Assembly (NCBI GenBank): GCA_964019335.1
Contig: OZ025744.1
Span: 62,001-126,000 of the forward strand
Direction: 5' to 3'
Length of the DNA stretch: 64,000 bases
Source: Diplonema japonicum
Lineage: Eukaryota > Protista > Euglenozoa: Diplonemea
Shown here: piece by piece, positions 10,625-21,418 of the stretch
How positions within the stretch are numbered: the first letter of the stretch is position 1
How the letters are laid out: each line of letters begins with the position of its first letter
The notes under the pieces: model-generated
Seen by the model: the letters and a program-made list of their open reading frames with translations, nothing else
What the model was told of the DNA's origin: nothing
Databases searched by the model: none
Position numbers and translations under genes: made by a program

Positions 10625-11139
10625 GCTTTTACAAACGTCGCTTGACACATACATTAATCGCCTCGCAAAATATGGACGAAACCCAACCAACCCAAACCAC
10701 AGCCAGGTATCTGAGGCAAAAAACAGTCAGGCATCCGAGGCAAAAGAGGCATAAACACACTTTACCACGTTTCCGGGCCACCAAGCATCACACCTGAGCA
10801 AATGCCGAAAATTACACTGGCCATGCATACAGGCGTTCTTTTGCACAATACCTTGTTGATGAAGGAACTTGCTGTTTTGGCTGGAAGTCAGACCTGATCA
10901 AGCCCCCATGATCAAGCGCCGTCACAAATTACACAAAACCTACAGAATTCTGTCAATTTGACATCGTCTTCTCAGGCACTCAGGCTTAGTCTTGACATCA
11001 GTGTGAACATTTCGCAGAAGTGAACATAAAGGGTTCACAGTGTCCGAAATTTCCTCATTTAACTTTACAAAAAAATTAAATAAAATATCATATTAAATAA
11101 AAATCAGGTAATCTGATTTTTATTTAATAAATAGTCATT
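10231..11139 (+). mobile_element. Crypton-like element, family C, with decayed tyrosine-recombinase C-terminus
   Basis: Left IR 10231-10265 pairs with 11048-11085; perfect 17-bp hairpin 11091-11129; ends AATAGTCATT. 10801 onward translates NAENYTGHAYRRSFAQYLVDEGTCCFGWKS (HxxR and GWKS boxes), with SSAVTNY following in another frame. Confidence 0.75.
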
Positions 11140-11563
11140 TTTTTTTTTTTTTTTTTTTTTTTTTCGATGTTTTACAGCCTGATCTTCCTCCCTCCTCCGT
11201 CCATCGAATCACGCAAAAAAAAAAGAAAAAAGGAAGAAAAAAAAAAAAAAAAAAGAGGTCAAAACATGATGGCCAAAAGAAAGAGAAAACGTATAAAAAA
11301 TAAAATAAAAACCCAGGCCGGGTTCTGTGCCCCCCAGATCTGCTTACCTTTATCAAAAAAACAGAGCTGGGCAACAAAGTGTAGAGGTAATTAGCCATAA
11401 AAACAAGGACGGGGGAGATATCGCAAAGGGGGAGAAGGGAGTGGGGGGAAAAAAAAAAACCGATAAAAAAAAACAAAAAAAGGGAACCTTCTCTCTCTTT
11501 TTTTTATGTACAACTCCCACAGAAGTGGTTCCCCCCCCTCCCCCCTGTTTTTTTTTTTTGTGC

Positions 11564-11607
11564 GTGAGCACCCCCATGCACACTGAAATTTTATCGAGTT
11601 TTTTTTT
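11564..11607 (-). repeat. Dispersed ~45-bp hairpin-containing repeat, copy 1
   Basis: Reverse complement of 15052-15094; related copy at 38322-38360. Confidence 0.75.
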
Positions 11608-12179
11608 ATTTCACTCTTCGTCATTTTCTTCACTCACTAGGGGCCTCATTATTTAACGCGAAATGGCCATTGTTTAACGCGAAACGGCCATTATTTAACG
11701 CGAAATCGCCATTATTTAACTAGTTAAATAATGAGATTTTGCAGTTAAATAATGGCCCTTCAGAGTGGAAAAATGAGTCTCGCCGTGGAAAAAAATGCAC
11801 CCAACCCCTTGAAAAATCTTTTTGGGGTGGGCGTATTTTGACTATTTTTGGCCATCTGAGGCCATTCCAGCCCTTAAAAGTGGGAATAAGTGCCTTACTT
11901 CCCCTTTAAATGCCACGGCGAAATAGCAACCCCATATTACCTTAGGAAAATCCCCAAAAAGGCTGACCTGCGTGAAAAAAAACAGCAGTGAAAGCAGTGA
12001 AGAGTGAGTGACTCAAATGACGAAGAGTGAAATAAAACGACTTACTTGCCGCCAAATGAGCCATTATTTAACTCTCGTTACCCGTTTTTTTGCACTCGGG
12101 CCCTGCGGGCCCTCGTGCAAAAAATTCGGGAACTCGAGTTAAATAATGACTCATAATTTGTTGGCAATAAATAGTTATT
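11604..12179 (+). mobile_element. Non-autonomous Crypton-like element, family B, copy 1
   Basis: Perfect 23-bp IR 11604-11626/12015-12037; terminal hairpin ~12042-12169; AATAGTTATT end; 21-bp tandem repeats at 11647-11720; near-identical copy at 63155-63729. Confidence 0.9.
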
Positions 12180-12219
12180 TTTTTATTTTTTTTTTATTTC
12201 TTTTTTTTTTTCCCTCTTT

Positions 12220-12663
12220 TTACGCAGCAGCAAGCTGGGCTTCCCGCACCCTTATCGCAAGGATGGCCAGCAGCACCGCGAAGCTTGGCGCAATGACCAA
12301 AATTATGGCGTGATTTCCATAAGGGACCTCATCGTCCTCGTCGTAGCCGTCCTCTACGCATTTTGGGGCGGTCATGTTCCACGCCACCGAGGCACCGCCA
12401 TTCTCAAGGACACAGGCAATTACCTGATGAAGATGTTGTAAAGATTTACTAGTTGCACATACATGACAAGTGTGGTTCGTCCGCTCGTATTGGCAAGTTT
12501 CATTAACAGGCACCATCCCCCCTTCCGTGCATTCGGTAGCAGACTCTGGCTCCTTCACTGTGCTATTCAGAGGTGGGGTCACAGAGCTGTAATCACATGT
12601 GTCCGTCTGCCCTTGTGCGCAGCCACAGAATATGAGCAGCACTGCAATGCTTCTACAGATCAT
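12220..12663 (-). CDS. Small type I membrane protein with a Cys-rich (sushi-like) ectodomain; probable 39-nt intron at 12424-12462
   Basis: Start MICRSIAVLLIFCGCAQG (signal peptide); C..C..C..WNMTAPKC pattern; TM segment HAIILVIAPSFAVLLAILAI; in-frame GTATGT...CAG segment. Confidence 0.7.
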   Translation of the reverse strand: MICRSIAVLLIFCGCAQGQTDTCDYSSVTPPLNSTVKEPESATECTEGGMVPVNETCQYERTNHTCHVCATSKSLQHLHQVIACVLENGGASVAWNMTAPKCVEDGYDEDDEVPYGNHAIILVIAPSFAVLLAILAIRVREAQLAAA

Positions 12664-12875
12664 TTTTCTTCCCCCCCAGCGTGCGTCCCCCCCCCCCCCC
12701 CCCCCCCCCTCTTCCTCTCCTCGCCCCCTGAGCTTTTTTTTAATTTTTCTGGCGGAAAGAAAGGGAGAAAGAAAAAAAGAAGAAGAAGAAGAAGAAAAGG
12801 GTACAGTGTTTTTGTTGTAAAACAAAAAAAAAAACAATAAAAAAAAGCAAAGTAAAAAAAAAAAAAAAAAAAAAA

Positions 12876-12990
12876 GTGGCGATGTTTTTTTTAAGGGCAC
12901 ATCCCACTTGAGGACCACCCTCAGGGGGGTATATCTTTTTGATGCTATCTATCTGGAGCCTCACTTTCATTCCATTAGCAGGGCATTTGG
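12876..12990 (-). mobile_element. Extreme 3' remnant of the non-LTR retrotransposon family
   Basis: Translates ANGMKVRLQIDSIKK, resembling AIGTKARLQKGSIKR; shares the 3' end CTCAAGTGGGAT.TGCCCTTAAA..CATCGCC with the copy at 58605. Confidence 0.7.
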
Positions 12991-14322
12991 TCATACCCTT
13001 TCACAATCCTCGTCTTCTTTCTTTTCCCGCCACCTCCTCTTCGCCTTCGAATACTTGCAGAGAAGAGGGTGTGTCTCCCCACTACCCAGCCACGGTCCGG
13101 TAGCTTTGTATTTAATTCTTTCCGGCGGTTTGGGAGGGAAAACAGATTGTTTACTACTCCGAAGCAGCTTGGCAGGAGAAGCAGAATATACCCACCAACC
13201 GGATTTACACGTTTGGTCCTGAACTAAGGTACAAGCCTCGGGGGAAGAGAGTGAAGGAAGAGGCCTTTGAATGTTAACAGGGAAACGAGGGGAACGATAT
13301 GGCCCTTGAGGCGGGCGGTCTCGAAGAGATTTTTTAATTGCAAGCCGAATTCGCCGGCGTTGAGCCTCGACAGCAGATTCACACAGACCAAAGGGAAGGG
13401 GGTCTACCAGAGGCTGGCTGGGGTACGCGGGTTCACTATCTTGCTTCATACCCTTTGTGGAAGATATGTTGAACTTGAATATCGCGTCCATTTTCGTTTT
13501 CATCAACTTCTTTCTACGAATAATGACAGTCATGACATCGTTGTGGGTGAGCTTCCATTGGAACATTGGCCTCGAGGGTATCAGTAAGAGTTGAATTACA
13601 AGGTCAGTGCGTTGCCTCTCCAGCGCCTCCAGGTGCTTGTGTAGCATTGTGTGAGAGTGCACGGCGTGCTGCCATGAGTTGACCCATTTTGACTTTGTCT
13701 TGTAGCCCCCGATTCTGCTTAGTTCCTTACGCTGTTTTGTTATTACAGAGACGAACCCTTTGAAGGCAGCGGTTGTTTTCCTGCATTTCGCGCCGTTTTT
13801 CTTTTCCCAAACGGTGACTTTCTTGCAGTACAAATGTACCTGTGATATGAAATACTCCTTCGCAACGTTCTTCTTCAGCGAATCCTTGCACGTCGTGGTT
13901 TCCAGCAGACGTTTCAAATGCGCTTGGCTCTCCTCCGTTCCGTACTTCACAGCCTGTCGAATTTTGTATTGTAAATCTTTGCTGGCGTCCTTCTCCTGGC
14001 GTTTCCACATTTCTACGAGATTGCTTCTCCATTCTAGCTTTCTTCTGTGCCACACCAAAAATCTTTTTTGAACGCTTTTCGCTGCGCGTTGCAGTGCACG
14101 GACTTCTCTCGCGCTCCATATTGCGATGTTGAAGCTTTTCAGAAACCTGCACACTAGCACCGCCGAGTCGTGAAGTACATCCGGGGGGTACTCCACGAGC
14201 TTTGAGTAGCAGTCTCCCCTGATGACCCTCACCTTCCCCAAAGCTTTGTTCTTCACATTCCGGCTCTGTGCTCCGACCCCTTCCGCCAGCTCTTCCGGCC
14301 GCATGAGGCTGCAGTGCTGCAT
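12991..14322 (-). CDS. Hypothetical basic coiled-coil protein with an IQ-like motif
   Basis: Likely start MQHCSLMRPEEL after an A-rich leader; RAAKSVQKRFLVWHRRK is IQ-like. The upstream ORF extension runs through repeat DNA. Confidence 0.65.
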   Translation of the reverse strand: MQHCSLMRPEELAEGVGAQSRNVKNKALGKVRVIRGDCYSKLVEYPPDVLHDSAVLVCRFLKSFNIAIWSAREVRALQRAAKSVQKRFLVWHRRKLEWRSNLVEMWKRQEKDASKDLQYKIRQAVKYGTEESQAHLKRLLETTTCKDSLKKNVAKEYFISQVHLYCKKVTVWEKKNGAKCRKTTAAFKGFVSVITKQRKELSRIGGYKTKSKWVNSWQHAVHSHTMLHKHLEALERQRTDLVIQLLLIPSRPMFQWKLTHNDVMTVIIRRKKLMKTKMDAIFKFNISSTKGMKQDSEPAYPSQPLVDPLPFGLCESAVEAQRRRIRLAIKKSLRDRPPQGPYRSPRFPVNIQRPLPSLSSPEACTLVQDQTCKSGWWVYSASPAKLLRSSKQSVFPPKPPERIKYKATGPWLGSGETHPLLCKYSKAKRRWREKKEDEDCERV

Positions 14323-14398
14323 TTTCTGTTGGTTTTGTGTTGCATGTTCCTTTTTTAGTTTTTTTTTGCAATAAAAAATAGGGGGGGGGGAAAAAGTT

Positions 14399-15536
14399 GT
14401 CTCGATTTTAGTGGTGCCATGCAGTATGTGACACAGCGGCCACCCTTGTGAAACTTCGCCCCGAAGCCTCCCAAGTCCCCTGTGGTCCCGTAGAAAGTAA
14501 GAGTGGAGAGGTAAAGAAAGCTTGGAAATTGAAATAGGGAGAGGGGCCACAGAAGCAATTAAACACCAACTAGAGAGTTGTGGGAGGCTTGCTTCACTGG
14601 CACGATGCCGCGGGGAGGCTACTTGCCTGACCTGGTGAAGCCACCTCCTTGTTCGATGTAATGGGATAAGGGACTCTCCGTTGAGGGCGATGCTAACTGG
14701 CGCCACGCGTAGGGTGGGCCTCCACCCCCTTCCAGGTTTCCCCACGTGTACGGCTTTAGAACGAGAGTTTCCCTTTCACTTGTGTTTCTCCAAACCACAA
14801 TTAACAGGAACCACCACAGGGAGGTTGGAAACATTGGTCCCCAAAAAAAAAAGAGACATTCATGAAGATCGAATCGTCATTACGAGTGATAGGCTGTTTG
14901 CCAAAAAAAAAAAAAAAAAAAAAAAAAATTGTCCCACAATCGGTCGGCCTAGGCCGGTTGTGACTCTGTGACTCATAATGACTTCGGTCCATGGACATTT
15001 ATATAAAGTGTCATTTATATAAATAAAAAGTGTCCCTACGTAGGTGGAATTAAAAAAAACTCGATAAAATTTCAGTGTGCATGGGGGTGCTCACTGTTCA
15101 GGTAGAAATTCACACTAATCGGTCACCGTTCTGCGGTTGCTGTCTGGTGCCTGCGGTGGCTGTTTGTCGCGATGAGATGGACGGCATCTGGGCGAGAAAC
15201 ATTGCTTGGAGTCGTGCTAGGTAGGGGGGGGTTTGGCTCGAGGAGAAGAGTGGTCTCCTGTCGTAGCCGTGTGCCGTCGGGCCCCCAAGATTTCGAAGGG
15301 TATGCACCCTTGATTTGGCGTTGGCGGGGAAGGCTGACCTTCCACAGCGTGCTGAGCATTTCAAAAAATAATAATAAAAAAAAAAATCACTATGATAGGA
15401 AGTGGTTAGCAAGGCCCGCCGCGGTGGCGTGCCTACCTTATGTTGCTCCCCTTTTGGGGTCGTTCCCTGCTACCCACCAAAAAAAGAGTAGTCTCGATTT
15501 TAGTGGTGCCGTGCAGTATGTGACACAGCGGCCACC
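14399..15536. repeat. 46-bp direct repeats (14399-14444, 15491-15536) bounding ~1.05 kb of GC-rich non-genic DNA
   Basis: GTCTCGATTTTAGTGGTGCC(A/G)TGCAGTATGTGACACAGCGGCCACC occurs twice with one mismatch. Confidence 0.75.
15052..15099 (+). repeat. Dispersed hairpin-containing repeat, copy 2
   Basis: CTCGATAAAATTTCAGTGTGCATGGGGGTGCTCACTGTTC. Confidence 0.75.
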
Positions 15537-15666
15537 TCGTCCCTTAAAAAGCAAAGAAAGCGTTTGGAAAAAAAAAAAAAAAAGGGACCACAGTGATGTA
15601 ATGGGGAAGAAGGAAGAAAAACGTTCATCACGGTTTTTACAACAGAGCTAGAGAGCCTCATTAAAC

Positions 15667-16302
15667 TTAAAATTTTACAATGACAGGCCTCCAGTTGCAG
15701 GCGGGGGCTAGAAGCACTTGAAGTGTTCCCCTCGGAATGTTAATAAGGCGGGTCAGGTCGACGATTCTTAAATGATCACACTTGTTTAAGAAGTATCTAC
15801 CAATACTGGTGAGGTTGGGGAGGGAGATGGTGACAGAAGTCAGTTCGCATCCGAAAAGAAAATTATCACCAAGCGCTGCGACACGGCCTAAGGAGTCGGT
15901 GACAACAAGCCTCCTCAGACCAGAAGGAAGGTCCGTCTTCCTCATGAAGACTAGCGTGACGTACTTGTGACCCACATCAACCTCCAGAATCATCTCGGGG
16001 TCTGCTGATAGAAGTCTTTCAAGCTCAGCCACCCTTTCAGGGTTCTCATTCAGCTCCCGCAGTGTCACTGTTTCGTTCCTCTCCTCCAGACGGACCACGG
16101 ACCCTTCCATGAACCCGCTCCCCTGAACCGTCTCGTCCCCGTTCCTGTCCAGGACATTCCCTTCCCATATCAGGTTGAACCTCGGTTCCCGCAGACGGGC
16201 AGCACACGCTGCCTTTGTGTACAACTTCCCCACAGTCTCTTCCCCGGACACTTCCACATTGTGAACACCACCTCTTGTCTTTACAAATATTGTGATGCTC
16301 AT
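15667..16302 (-). CDS. Ubiquitin-like domain + BspA-type LRR protein (paralogue 1)
   Basis: Start MSITIFVKT, ubiquitin-like N-terminus (FNLIWEGNVL), then LGDNFLFGCELTSVTISLPNLTSIGRYFL repeats. Confidence 0.8.
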   Translation of the reverse strand: MSITIFVKTRGGVHNVEVSGEETVGKLYTKAACAARLREPRFNLIWEGNVLDRNGDETVQGSGFMEGSVVRLEERNETVTLRELNENPERVAELERLLSADPEMILEVDVGHKYVTLVFMRKTDLPSGLRRLVVTDSLGRVAALGDNFLFGCELTSVTISLPNLTSIGRYFLNKCDHLRIVDLTRLINIPRGTLQVLLAPACNWRPVIVKF

Positions 16303-16420
16303 CTTTTTCTTTTCTGCTTCCATACTTGATTTCTGCATTCCGAGGCAAAAAAAAAGAGGCATAGAGGGGATACATTGTAGAAACAGGACACTCACGCTGG
16401 ACGAAAAGCACTAATAGTCT

Positions 16421-17206
16421 TCAAAGACTGGTAAAGACGCTCATATCAACAGCACTCAATCTCTCGCAGCTATATAAGAAGTGAGAACCAAGGTGGGTGA
16501 CCTTGGCGAAGCTACTCAGATCGATGGTTTCCAGCTTGCCACAGTAAGATAAGAAGCTTTCACCAACAGAAATCATGTTGATGCATGAACTCAGATCGAT
16601 GGATTCTAGATTCTCGCACCCAAACAAGAAGTCATCGGCTATTGCGGTAACATTGGCGAACGAGCCCAAATCGAGAGTTTTCAATTTGCAGCACTGGCAT
16701 AAAAAGAACTCGCCAACAGAGGTGACGTTGGGCATGCTGAGGACAACAGAGGTCAGGTTACTTCCTTCAAGAAACAGATCATCGATACTTGTGATACGTC
16801 CTGTGGTGTCGGTGACAACAAGATTCCGCAGATCAACTGGAAGGTGTTGCTGCCCTATATACACATTTGGGTTGTCGCCCACTTCAACCTCTAGAATCAT
16901 CTCGGGGTCTGCTGATAGAAGTCTTTCAAGCTCAGCCACCCTTTCAGGGTTTTCCTTCAGCTCCCGCAGTGCTACGGTTTCGTTTTTCGCTTCCAGACAG
17001 ACCACGGACCCTTCGACAAGCCCGCTCCCCTGAACGTCGCCCTCGTTCCTGTCCAGGACATTCCCTTCCCATATCAGGTTGAACCTCGGTTCCCGCAGAC
17101 GGGCAGCACATGCTGCCTTTGTGTACAGCTTCCCCACAGTCTCCTTCCCGGACACTTCCACATTGTGAACCTCACTTATCGTCTTTACAAAGACTGTGAT
17201 GCTCAT
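16421..17206 (-). CDS. Ubiquitin-like domain + BspA-type LRR protein (paralogue 2)
   Basis: Same Ubl N-terminus plus ~5 repeats of the type VTSVGEFFLCQCCKLKTLDL. Confidence 0.8.
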   Translation of the reverse strand: MSITVFVKTISEVHNVEVSGKETVGKLYTKAACAARLREPRFNLIWEGNVLDRNEGDVQGSGLVEGSVVCLEAKNETVALRELKENPERVAELERLLSADPEMILEVEVGDNPNVYIGQQHLPVDLRNLVVTDTTGRITSIDDLFLEGSNLTSVVLSMPNVTSVGEFFLCQCCKLKTLDLGSFANVTAIADDFLFGCENLESIDLSSCINMISVGESFLSYCGKLETIDLSSFAKVTHLGSHFLYSCERLSAVDMSVFTSL

Positions 17207-17484
17207 TTACTTTTTTTCTCGTTTCTTTTTTTTTTTTTTTTCTTTCTTTTCGCGTGACACTGTCTGGTTCATGGCTTTTCGGGGGAGAAAAACAAAAGAA
17301 GAATTAGAAGAGGTGGTAACCAACCTGGTGCATGGTAGCATTTTTTTTTTTTTTTTCCTTCGAAAAAAAAAAAAGAGAAAAAAGAAGAGTGAGCGGGTTG
17401 TTTGTGCAAACTTTTTTTTTTTTTTTTTTTTTTTTTATAAAAGCAAACAACAAAATTTATCCACAATTATTAGTTTTCTTTTTC

Positions 17485-18036
17485 CTACTTCCTGTACACA
17501 AAGTAGACGAACAGTATGGCAACCGCGAGGAAGGCCGCACCCGCGTACCTTGTGAAGCCCTTCGCCATACCTGACTCGCCGTTCCGCCAGTCCTTTACGC
17601 AGTCAGCGTTCGCCTGCACAACCGACCGTCCCCATGTAGTGATGAGCCCGCCTGTCTTCGCGTTGTAGATATGCAGTGTGGGCATCATGGTGGCGCCCAT
17701 CGTGTGCAGCATTGTCTGTTTTGCAGGCGACGCGAAGGGTACTCCAAGGAATGGGTATTTTGCGAGGTACTGCTGACAATCAGTGTCCGTGCGATCACCG
17801 GGGATGAGGACTACTTTGAAGTCAGGATTACTTTCACATAGCCGTGCAAGAACCGGCGAGAAGGACCGGCAGGGTGGGCACCACGACGCTGAGAAGTAGA
17901 ATCCTATCACACTGACGTCTGAGAACTCACTCGCCACATCTGCCAGCTTCCCGCCAGGAGACTGCAATCCACATGCCTTAGCAAGGCTTACAAGGTCGTG
18001 ATCAGACATGGGTGCTGTTTCCTTGGAAGATTTCAT
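17485..18036 (-). CDS. Tryparedoxin/nucleoredoxin-like oxidoreductase with C-terminal membrane anchor
   Basis: FYFSASWCPPCR active site; C-terminal YAGAAFLAVAILFVYFVYRK. Confidence 0.85.
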   Translation of the reverse strand: MKSSKETAPMSDHDLVSLAKACGLQSPGGKLADVASEFSDVSVIGFYFSASWCPPCRSFSPVLARLCESNPDFKVVLIPGDRTDTDCQQYLAKYPFLGVPFASPAKQTMLHTMGATMMPTLHIYNAKTGGLITTWGRSVVQANADCVKDWRNGESGMAKGFTRYAGAAFLAVAILFVYFVYRK

Positions 18037-18072
18037 GAAAAACAGGAATGGAGGGGGGGGGGAGAGAAAATA

Positions 18073-21000
18073 TCAAAAGAGTTCAGAATCGGTCGAGCTT
18101 GCCCTCCTTGCCTTCTTCTTCGTGTTCTGCTCCGGCTCATTCCCCGTGTCCCCTTCGTCTTCGCTGTCGCTGAACTGATAGTCCAGCTTCACGTCGAAGG
18201 TTAGTTCTTCTTCTTCTTCCTTCTTTTTCTTCTGTCTAGCCTTCTTCGGCGATTTGTCAGGTTGCAGCTTCTTACTATAAGGAATGGCCCCTACTTCTTC
18301 CGCCCATGAAGCGCTGTACCTCTCCAGCTCTTCAGTGAGGTCTTCACCGCGTTGCTGCACGCCTTGGGATACGAGAGTGTCTTTCCATTTCTGTCGGAGG
18401 GTTTCTTTTTTGTTCTCATTTATTTTTACCTGTATCGAGTTCAGTAAGGTCTTGTCCTGAACCTGTGGAAGCACATGCTGCACCAAGTCCAGCAACCCAA
18501 GCTCCGTAGCCTTCGCAGGGTTGTACAAGCGAAGGTGTGTGAGAAGCTGTTGTGTTGGGAAGAAAAATTATTATTACCCGCCTCCATGTCTTTCTTCTTA
18601 ACTGTACCTTCAAGAATTTCTTCGGGATCGTCTTGTCTCCCAGTTCATGCTCTGCGTGTGACTCTAGCAGGCAAATGGCTGCAAGCTCTTCGTGTCTCGT
18701 CAATGTCTTCAGCTTCTCCATGTCCAGAACCTGTTTGCGCGCAGGTTGCTCAGCTTCCTCATCGGAAGCCGCGGTAGCAGGTTTGGGCTTACGGAGTGCC
18801 TTCAGCTCAGCCGCATCTGTTAGATTGGCCACGAAGGCCAGGAAGGCCGTGTGCATGCCGGTAAACTTCTCTTTTGTGGAACATTGTTGTGCATCAGCAG
18901 GGACCACATGGTAGCTGTCCCTTGCAATGTGTCGCAGCGCCTCGACGCTCGCATCCCTCACCATTCTCTGCCTGAAGGTTGATGAGAATGCGTACGCTGG
19001 GAAGAACACAGTCAGCATCTGCATTGCGTGTACCACTGAGTCGCCCTCCCCGAGCTGCCCCGTCACCATGCCTCCTTTGTTGCTGCTGAAAGCTGGGTTA
19101 AAATAAAACAGCAGCAACTGCGCCAACACCTTCGCCTCGTGCCCTTCTGGCACTCGGTTGCACGACAGCAGCTTCGTGAGCCCCGCCGTCGCGACCCCTT
19201 GCAGGGCCCTCTTCCTCAGCACCGCTTCCTCAACCGGCTCATTCTCGAACTCCATGTCAGTACCCTCCCAGGTGCTGTCACCATGACACGCGAACCGAAT
19301 AATGGTCTTCAGCACGACCACCGCTTTATCCCTTGCAGCCTCCAGGTGGTCTACTCCAGGTGCAGAAGGGTTCACAGCATGCGGTGCCGTGTAGAACCCA
19401 GCGGGGCCGTGCTCTAGGAAGGTGTCGATCAGCCCGTTCAGCGCTTCGCACATAGCGAATCTGCACCGCTCGTGGGTGTGGTAGGAGCTCTTTCTCAGCG
19501 CTGTGAGCATGACTTGTGAGTACGTGGGGGCTGCGCTTCTTTTAGTGACGGAGTACACAGCCAGCACGCGCAACGCTTTCGACCTTATGAAGGCGTTCCA
19601 GTGACTCTGCGAGGCAGCGAGGACCACCTGCGCGTACTGCTCGGGAACGTTCACCCCACGCTCCACCGCCACGACGTGGGTGATGATCTCGACGATGCGG
19701 ACCCAGAGGGCGGTGTCGGTCGCGGTTTCGCCTTCGAGGTGGCCAAGCAGCTCCTCCTGCTCCGCAAGGACTGCAAGCTCTTTGTGAAGAAGCTGCGTGT
19801 CGTTCCTTCTACGGAGACCTTCAACTTTCGACTTTATCGAGTAGACAGTAGTGCGGGTGTGGTTGATGAGGTCTTGCTTGCCTTGGTCAGCGCGGGCCTG
19901 TGCTTCAGCGTCGAAGAAGAGGTCTTCGTTGTCTTCCTCGATAATCTCTTCTGTTGTGGTGGACATGTACCGCTTCAACCTGTCGATGATGATCGTGATC
20001 ATCCTGTGCAGCTCCTCCTCACGATGCACGTAGAAGTGCTTGAACAGAGACACAACAGAACCGACAAAACGTGTCGGATGGTCTACCTGCGTGATGTTCG
20101 CGAAGGTGTAGATGGCTGTGAGGATGTGCTGTCTCTGCGCTTCGGTGTGAAGATCCGGTTCGTATAGAACGCACAGCTTCAGGACCTGTTCTGCGAGAAG
20201 TCCGGCTTGAACGGGTGTGAGGTCCAACGGCATCGTTGGGTTCATTGTTTCCGCGATGACGTCAATACAGCCTTTGAGAAGATCGGCGGTGGTGTCGATG
20301 GGAGGGGCATAGATGTCCGCCCTTTCGGAGTCCTTCTCCTTCAGTTTTTGAACGATGACGCGGAGCATCAGAACGGACTCGGCGGTGAGGACCTTCGACA
20401 AGGCGTCACGCTGTGCCGTGTCCCATGCAAGGATGGTCTCGTCCTTGCCCAACGACGGCGTTGCGAACTTCACATCAAATACTACCTCAGCAACCTGTGT
20501 CGTGACCTTTTCATGTAACTCGATGTCGAGAAAACTGAGCATCATCGACGCATCACCGTTCTCCCGTTTCAACCAGTTTTGAAGCACGACATGAGTGAGT
20601 TTTCTAATGGGTTCTGAACGCTCTGCAAGTCCCCTGGTGAAGAGGTCAATCCGTTCTTGAATTCCCAGCCACGAGGGGGGAAGACGTGAGATATGTTTAT
20701 AAGCAAGTTTTCTAACAGCAGGAGAGACGTCAGAAGTCAGTCGGAGGAGGTGCGGAACAAGATGTTTCGATATTTCAATTCGGTTAAGAACGCCAACGCG
20801 GACCTGGTGGGAGTCGTGGGAGAGAAGTTGTAAAAAATGCTGGGTGAAGTCGCATTGCGGGCCGAGGCTGGGTTGCTGCAGAAGGTACGCGCTGTCGATG
20901 GCTTTACACCTGACGAGAACTGCCTTGTCGTCCAGACGATTGTGCGACGCCACCGCGATTTTATCAAGAACGTCGTCGTCTGCTTGATCTTGGTTGTACG

Positions 21001-21418
21001 CTGCGAGGCATTCGTGGAGAAGCTCGCAGCAGTTTCTTCTGACGTATTTGTCAGCAGATTCCGTGCATTCCACTGTTTTTTCCATCAGAAAATTCGTAAT
21101 TTCGTTGTCGCTGAGTCTTACTAGCAGGACGTTCACAAGCTTTAATATCTTGTCCACGCATCCTGATTGATGCGAGACCAGTACGCACCCTAAGCCTTCC
21201 CACAGCATTTCTCTGAACGCTTTCGCCCCCAACTTCTCATTCATTGCCGCCAGCCGTCCTGCCAGTCTTTTGTGAGTCGCGTTCGATTTCTGCCCGCTTC
21301 CCAGGATGGAGCACAGGTCCTCTAATTCGGTGTCTTCGTGCTTCTCCTTCTTCGATTTCTTCTTCTTTTCTTCTTCAGCCTCAGTTGCTTTTCGCTTGGC
21401 TGGTTTTTTGCCAGGCAT
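18073..21418 (-). CDS. NCAPG: Condensin I subunit CAP-G (Ycg1/Cnd3), two exons (intron 18547-18607)
   Basis: HEAT motifs (ESADKYVRRNCC, RLDDKAVLVR, DVSPAVRKLAY, RGLAERSEPIR) and Cnd3-type C-terminus (GLTKLL, LFYFNP, QMLTVFFPAYA). Splicing GTACAG...ACAG joins the two ORFs in frame (KFLK|LLTHLRLYNP). Confidence 0.8.
18547..18607 (-). other. 61-nt GT-AG intron
   Basis: Removal fuses ORFs 18416-21418 and 18073-18528 in frame. Confidence 0.75.

Noticed and set aside
11647-11720. Regular short repeats resembling a CRISPR array (also 7605-8214, 40325-40575)
   Set aside because: No unique spacers, no cas genes, eukaryotic context; explained as TE subrepeats or coding repeats.
15590-15660. TGATGA box C-like word on the minus strand
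   Set aside because: No matching box D or terminal stem, so no snoRNA call.
16330-16430. Possible read-through or fusion of Ubl-LRR paralogues 2 and 1
   Set aside because: A stop and frame change separate them; a one-base error near 16423 cannot be excluded but is unsupported.
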